From assembly GCA_010093815.1 (NCBI GenBank), contig ML996581.1: 64,000 nt of DNA; one strand, given 5' to 3'. How positions within the stretch are numbered: position 1 is the stretch's first letter; every line of letters begins with the position of its first letter. The DNA comes from Pseudovirgaria hyperparasitica. Its lineage: Eukaryota. Under the pieces are notes generated by a model that did not search any database, was not told the DNA's origin, and was given only the letters and a program-made list of their open reading frames with translations. The position numbers were made by a program, and so were the translations under genes. Of the stretch, positions 57,845 through 64,000 are shown piece after piece.

Positions 57845-60185
57845 CTAATGCACAGCGCAAACCTCTGGGTGATCCTTGCTTACCAGGCATAACGCCTGCG
57901 CTGGGACGCCAAAGGATCGAACAGGCCCTGCAGCAACGGCTGTTCCTGGGCTGTATCTGTCACACTGTTCCGCTCCCTTGATACTCATATCAACAAGGTT
58001 TTGCCCGCTGATGCAACTGTGTCCAGTAAGGCCACCCCCAAAGCGAGGATCTTTGTCGGCGATGACGAAAGCGCATGAATAGTACTCCTTAATCACACAC
58101 CAGGAGCTCAGGACTTCGCCCTTGGCGTTGAGAGTCTTGCCATGTCGGATACAAGCCTTGTCTGGGGATGAGGTGCAGAACTCCGCATTCTCATTAGGAG
58201 TCTGGTCCTGCACGATCGATCGACAGTCAGACATTCTGGCGCCGCTGCCTCTATAACCACCGGCGCAGTCGATAGTACCGTCAGATCTAGAGGGAAATAT
58301 CCGTGCGACCGGTCCATTGAGTGTGGAGTCGCCAGAGAAAGCTTCGTGTTTCGATCCTTCGCCGTTCAAAGGGCGGAAACCGGCCTCGTAAAATTGACCG
58401 TAGTCCGGACCATTCCACCAGCCTTTGTTGGGACCATTCTTGATACACTGGTTGATGACTTCCCCAATTTTTAGCATGCGATCTCGAAGATCTCCTCCAT
58501 ACAGTAGACTCACCATTCTCAGTAGTGTCCCAGCATTGTTGCCACTGGGAGCCTTGTGAGGGACTGCCACGGTATATGTACGCCTCTATATTACCTTCGA
58601 TAGCCACAGAGATTTCACAATCGGTCTTTGTGTCCCCCTGTTTGATTTTCACGTAGGAGCTGTCCAATCCTGCCGGAGTCTCACACTTATTGTTACATAT
58701 AACTAACGTACCGTTAGTCATAAATCGGTATCGTAGAGTAGAAATGTATTCACCTTCTCGCATTCGAGAGATCAGTGCATTCGGGTCTAGAGTCTCCGTT
58801 GTTGATATCAACTTCTCTGGAACGCTCTGGACGTTTTTGTCTCTGCAGGTCACTTTCTTCGGATCCGCGGTAGAATCAGGACCCGCAGGCATCTTACCCA
58901 ACTCTGGAAGCCCTGCTAAAGCAGCTTGCGCCTCAATGAGACGTGCTACATTAAACGGCTCGCAAGGCGGCTCTTGCTTAGATTCGTCCCAGCAATCACA
59001 CCCTTTCCAGAGGTCGTTGTCGTCCGCAAGACCCTTACATTTGCCATCGGCATCTATGCCGCCACATTCGAAGGCAGCTAATATTTCGTCGCCAGTTGGA
59101 CACTCTTCTTTGGGCTCGCAGTCGCAATCCCTGTCAGGTCCTTGGGTACATTTATTTGAATCGTCACCTTTGCATGTCTCATCCGAGCAAGTCGGTTTGT
59201 GCTCTTGCTTGCATTCGTCCTTACAAGGACAGCCAGTGTTCTCGCCAGATTGACACCAGCCCTGCTTGCCATCGCATTCAGAACATTTTGGTAGACTTGT
59301 CGTGGAACATTGCTTCTTGGGATGGCCCGTACCTGGAGGTGGAGGCGGGAACCCCATAGGAGTAATTGGGAATGGGATAATGAGCGGCGGTAATTCGACA
59401 CTGCTTGCCATCAGCAAAGTTTGACGAGTCACTTTCAGCTTCCGGGCACTTACCCCCTTCCTCCACCGCATGAACAGCCCTTGTAGGGCTGACCATACTG
59501 AGCCGTCAAGCCTGTACACTTACCACCACCAGCATCACCGCCACAATGGTTACAGTCTTTAATGCCGCCATCAGGACAGCAAGAGCAATGAGTGAATAAT
59601 CCGCTTTTCCCAGACTTGTCCTTCACTACCATTCTAGCATCGCAGACCCCCGGGACTTTGGTATTGCCACCGCAATTTGGATCGGTACAGGTTTGCGTGG
59701 TTTTGCCGTTGCTTTCAGGACAGACCTTGCTGTCATCCACCGGAAAACCTCCACCGTTGAGATCGCACTGGCAGCCTTTATACGCGATGCCTGTCTCGCC
59801 GCTTCCCTTGCATATCCCCATACCTGTGATTGCATCACCTCCGCATTGAGAACAGGCTAGGGAATCAGATTCGGGGCAACAGCCGCATATCGGGAACCCG
59901 TTTGAGGCCTGGATATGGCAGACCCCGTCGAGAGGGATATCTTCACACATCTTATCGGTACATTTCACTGCATTTCTTAAGTGTGATTCCAAAAATTTGC
60001 ATCGATTTTTATAACTTACGGGGCGGAAGCCCGTTGTCCTGAGGACATGGACTATTTGGTCGGAATGTTAGTTGCTGGCGAGGCAGCAATATAGCTCCGA
60101 CATCTGGTATGCCGACAGCGTGTACGGCTGTAGATAGAACGGCGACGGCGAAGCCTAGCACTAACTGTGATGTCATTTTGGCCAT
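57845..60185 (-). CDS. Large secreted cysteine-rich modular protein, 709 aa; exons 60185-60020, 59967-59454, 59400-58754, 58702-58514, 58458-57845
   Basis: Signal peptide MAKMTSQLVLGFAVAVLSTAVHA, then LLPRQ. Four GT-AG introns of 51-55 nt join three track ORFs and an unlisted first exon into one 2130-nt frame. Tandem 6-Cys modules. Confidence 0.8.
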
Positions 60186-60705
60186 CTCAGAGAGTCAAGT
60201 CGAGGATTGTGTGAAGAAGAATCGCTGCACACGAAGGCCAGAGAGCTGTATTTTATTGGTAGTTTCATGATACGCACGGGTAGATGCTTCAGGTCAGACA
60301 GTCGTGCAGGACTGAAACATTTCTCGCACGGTCTTAAAAATTTGCTACATTCAGTAACAAAAGACTCGAATACAGTCTGCATTAAGTACGGATCATCTAT
60401 TATCGCGTCACCGACAATCCTTTATCTTTGGTTTGTTTTTAACGTCACTAAGGTTGAATAAATGCAAAGTTTCCTTGTTGAGATTTAGAGCTGGCTAACT
60501 CATTGTTCGATACTAACTCAAAATCTCTATAGAACCTATAATTAGACATAGGTACGTACAATCCGAATCCATACTAGCCCAGCCTAGGCCGAGATGCTAA
60601 TAGAGAATATAAAGCTTAATCTACGCCTTAAGAAGATTGATAAGACGGTATTATTTAGATATAAGTAGTTAGATCGATTATCCTAGATTAAATGAGGTGA
60701 GGCAT

Positions 60706-60820
60706 ATATCTTGTTTCAAGCTAAATTTAGGTATTGTTAGAGCCATAAGTCGAAAATGATTGGTCAAGGCCTTCAGCCTAAGGCTTCAACAATACTTAAA
60801 TTTAGCCTCAGACAAGATCT
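60706..60820. repeat. Degenerate inverted repeat (49-bp arms, 17-bp spacer) in a TpA-rich patch; possible MITE or transposon relic
   Basis: 60706-60754 versus the reverse complement of 60772-60820 gives 38/49 identity by manual alignment, and 8 of the 11 mismatches are transitions. Confidence 0.75.
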
Positions 60821-61146
60821 AGGCTATATCCAGATATATACCTCACTTGATCTAATTTAATATAAGCAATCCAAGTCCCTTAGTATAGCATCTAACCAAT
60901 CATACAGTCCTAACTTGTATCCGATCATGTATGCCTGTAACGGAGCGGACAGTAAATGATGAGAAGGAGGCAGAAACTCTGCATTTGAAACATGCAAGAT
61001 CACCGCACGTCTTATTCAGCTATAACTACGTTGCTTTGAAAATTGAAGCCAGTTATCTCATCTGTACTTGTCTAATCCTCACTGCCTTCTCTTTACCAAG
61101 CTTTGTCTGTCTTTCCTGCTAAGCCCTGTTCGTCCTCGGTCTCATT

Positions 61147-62173
61147 ATGGTTGCTCTATTCTTCCTATCTACATTCGCTCTTTTCGCACCTTCTTTGGCA
61201 TTAACCTACTACATGGATACCTCATGCAATCCCTATCCAGCCGTAGGCCGGGCCCTGCCAGAAGCTCTCACCATGGCAAGACGCTCTAATGCCCGTCTCG
61301 GAGCCAATGATCCAGACATCCAAGTAGCCTTTCAACGCATCTTCAATACTGGCACGGACAATGGCGCCGCCGTTGCCGAGGTCCGACGCATCATGGGTGG
61401 TATTGCAGATATGACCGAGACCAACGACCGCGAAAGCTCTGGTGTGCGCATCTACTGCAATGAAGACAGGTGGTCCCTGCAAAAAGACCGCGAGAGGACC
61501 AACAAACTGATTAAAAAAAATTCGAGCCGAAATCCCGGCGATCAGATCTGGATCGACACCACGAACAACATTCCTTATGCTGGTCCGCCTGGTTGTAAAG
61601 TCCAAGATAGGATCGGTCAGGTCTTTCACTGGCCGCGACTACCACTGCAGGCCTCTCATTCAACCATGTCGCTCTGCAAGCCGTGGATTGAGGATCGTAT
61701 TGCAACGATAAAAGAGCAGGGCAAGAGAGATTTTTCCAGATTACGGCTGACCGGGGCCGGATTGTCACAGCTACTCAGTTTTATTGTGTTGCATGAATTG
61801 ACACATGTTCCGCCATTCCGTAGTAAGTAGTCTTTTACTAAGAAGACAGAGAGAGATCACCGCTAACACGCTTCCCAGCCAAGGATGTACATCCTGCGTA
61901 TGAATGGAATAATGTCGTTTCAAAGAGCACTGCTGATGCAATCAGGAATGCGGAGAATTATGGTACGATAAACCTGTCCCACCTGCGAAACCTGTGTCTT
62001 CTGTGTTTATAATAACCGTTGTAACAGCATTCTTTGGTCTGCTTGCTGTGCTTGGAGACGCGAATTATAAGCTTGAACATACTAAGCCAGAACAGAACTG
62101 GTCCGGTTTGCTCATCCATACACCTACCATCTGGCCTAGACAACTGTTCAATAATGTACGGTCTATAAGCTGA
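61147..62173 (+). CDS. Secreted zinc metalloprotease-like protein (HEXXH+D, M35/aspzincin-like), 301 aa; introns 61823-61878 and 61963-62027
   Basis: Signal peptide; FQRIF; VLHELTH followed after splicing by TKDVHPAYEW and AIRNAENYAFFG, matching the M35 GTxDxxYG and NADSY positions. Confidence 0.8.
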
Positions 62174-62562
62174 TGCAAAGATAGAATTGTCAGAATGCGT
62201 GACCTAATATGCTAGGGTCTTGTCGGTACTATTGCTAGAATGGTAGATGTTTTTGGGAAAGTATGAATTCAACGCTCGCGTGATGCGCCACCACTGTTTT
62301 CTGTTCGTACTTGACTTTGATTGGCTACCAATGAATTCTTGAGATTCATTGTTCTGATATTAGGTTGTTAGTTTCGAACAATACATTATTAACTGAAAGC
62401 TCTTACGTTATCCATATTAACTCCATGGGTGAGACTGCATTAGCGTTATGAAACCTGCCAGGCAGAATTCGGTTTTGTAGAGCATCGATGTCGATATTTT
62501 TGGGTATTATTGCACTGATATATATGTGTCCATTCAAGCTAACTCATCACTAGTTAGGTGCT

Positions 62563-63867
62563 TCATGCCTTTACTATATCATTGGTCGAGATATCAGTCT
62601 GCGCATAACTTTCTGCGTTGACCATCGGTGGCTTGATAGGCAGCAAGAACAACGAGGCCCCAATAGCAATGACCAATAATCTCCAGAGGATACTGACCAC
62701 TGTGTCAGTGATATATGCAGGTCCCCAATGATGGTATTCCAGTGGGCCCACGTGAGTGCCAATAATCTGTTCCAACCCCTTCAGGCAGAACAGGGACGAC
62801 ACGATAATGAGAGGGGATCGGAAGCGAGTCACCTCCTATAAGAATGGACGATCAGCTTCAATACCCGTAAGAGTCGGTCACCTTCGTAGACTTACGTATG
62901 CCAGATTGTATGGTTCGGACTGGTTGTACTTATCCTGTGCATCAAGATCCATTGCATTCGCCGGTCGAGGCGGGTAGCAATCTCGTTTGACCTTCCAAAC
63001 ATACACTACGCTGCCAATCATGAAGAGAGACCAAACAACCATGACCGACTCGTACCCGTTGCCAATGTGTTTCGCTTTGTCAAAATCACCAAACTCCCCC
63101 AGGTTGAGAGCATTGTCATACGTGATGCTCTGTGTCCCATGATGCGCAATCATGATCCAGTACGCTGTAAGAAAGCCCCAAGACACCGCCGTCAAGGCGC
63201 ACATGAAGAAAGCCAAAGCCCATGCGACGTATATGAACGTGTTGGCAAGCGAACGCTTCATATAGAGTGCCCGGAAGTAACTCGTATACTTCTTCATCGC
63301 GTATATGGCATAGCCCAGCTCCGTGATGCGCCACAGCAGCTCGCTGAAGACGGGGTAGTAGAAGAAGGTAAAGGGCCTTAGTTTCCAGTCCATGAAGGAT
63401 GTGAGCGTGATGATATCGAGCACCTGGACACTTACAAGCACACACACAAGTCAGCAGTAAGCACAAGGCAGAGAGGACACCAGAGCACATCTCACACTAT
63501 GAAGCACAGCGTACACGCGATAACGCTATATCTCTTCAAGCCCTCAATCACTCTAGCTTTACGCGTCAGGATCCCCTCGCGCGTCCCGATAACGCCCTGC
63601 ATAAACATCACAACCACCCCAAGCATGATCGTAATGATCAGAAATGCAAGGAGAGCGATTGGCGAGCGCTCCTGCTCGTACACATCAGCTTATGGGATTT
63701 TCCGCGCAGTGCACAAACAGACGTACGCATTCTTGTGCATTAAGCAGGACGCGTGCCTTGCCCGTTAACGTCGTGACATCGACGGGCACAAACCTAGGAG
63801 CGCACATGTTCCATGATCGCGCAGGGCCTGGGTATCGATTGCTCCCAAAACCAGTGGTGCGCACCAT
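62563..63867 (-). CDS. Orphan multi-pass membrane protein with about 7 TM helices, about 374 aa; exons 63867-63727, 63671-63496, 63430-62896, 62835-62563
   Basis: Four track ORFs join in frame through GT-AG introns with GCTGAY branch points; seven hydrophobic segments. The start could instead be the ATG at 63807. Confidence 0.72.
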
Positions 63868-64000
63868 GTTTTGCGACGCTGGGTGATGTCGGGGGAGGGT
63901 GGAAGGGAATCAGACAATGCGGTCTTGCGATGGACATTTTGGCGGGGCCAGGGGTCATCTTAAAGCTCGACTATGGTATACATTGAATCCACTTCGCTAG

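Noticed and set aside
1..64000. tRNA, rRNA, CRISPR arrays, telomeric repeats, intact transposase or reverse transcriptase genes
   Set aside because: No T-loop/cloverleaf, repeat-spacer array, (TTAGGG)n or DDE/RT motifs seen by eye; tRNAscan-SE and Rfam searches would be needed to exclude small RNAs

Overview
Eukaryotic (filamentous ascomycete, probably Dothideomycetes; inferred from gene content and short GT-AG introns with CTRAY branch points) genomic DNA with 22 protein-coding genes that I reconstructed exon by exon. All spliced models close in frame. The first 11.5 kb is gene-poor and microsatellite-rich, holding only a DHDPS-family aldolase. Next come ERO1, a b5-fused soluble fumarate reductase (OSM1/FRD1-like) and a DsbA/thioredoxin-fold gene side by side. 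A housekeeping block follows: F-box-like, TAF2, SAS4, YPT35, a GPI protein, ADE13, an MFS transporter, DNM1, MEX67, VMA21, FUN30, YOS1 (not recovered as an ORF by the track), a PAS hybrid histidine kinase and RPB4. The last 6 kb looks accessory: a 709-aa secreted protein with seven tandem 6-Cys modules and a possible Ecp2/Hce2-like tail, a divergent secreted HEXXH+D (M35-like) metalloprotease, a decayed inverted repeat between them, and an orphan 7-TM membrane protein. The best leads are (1) a possible ER disulfide-formation/electron-sink cluster (ERO1-FRD-DsbA-like, with bZIP/UPRE-type motifs upstream of each gene) and (2) the secreted-protein/protease/7-TM island. Both functional interpretations are inference; no searches were run. 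I found no tRNA, rRNA, CRISPR array or intact transposon.
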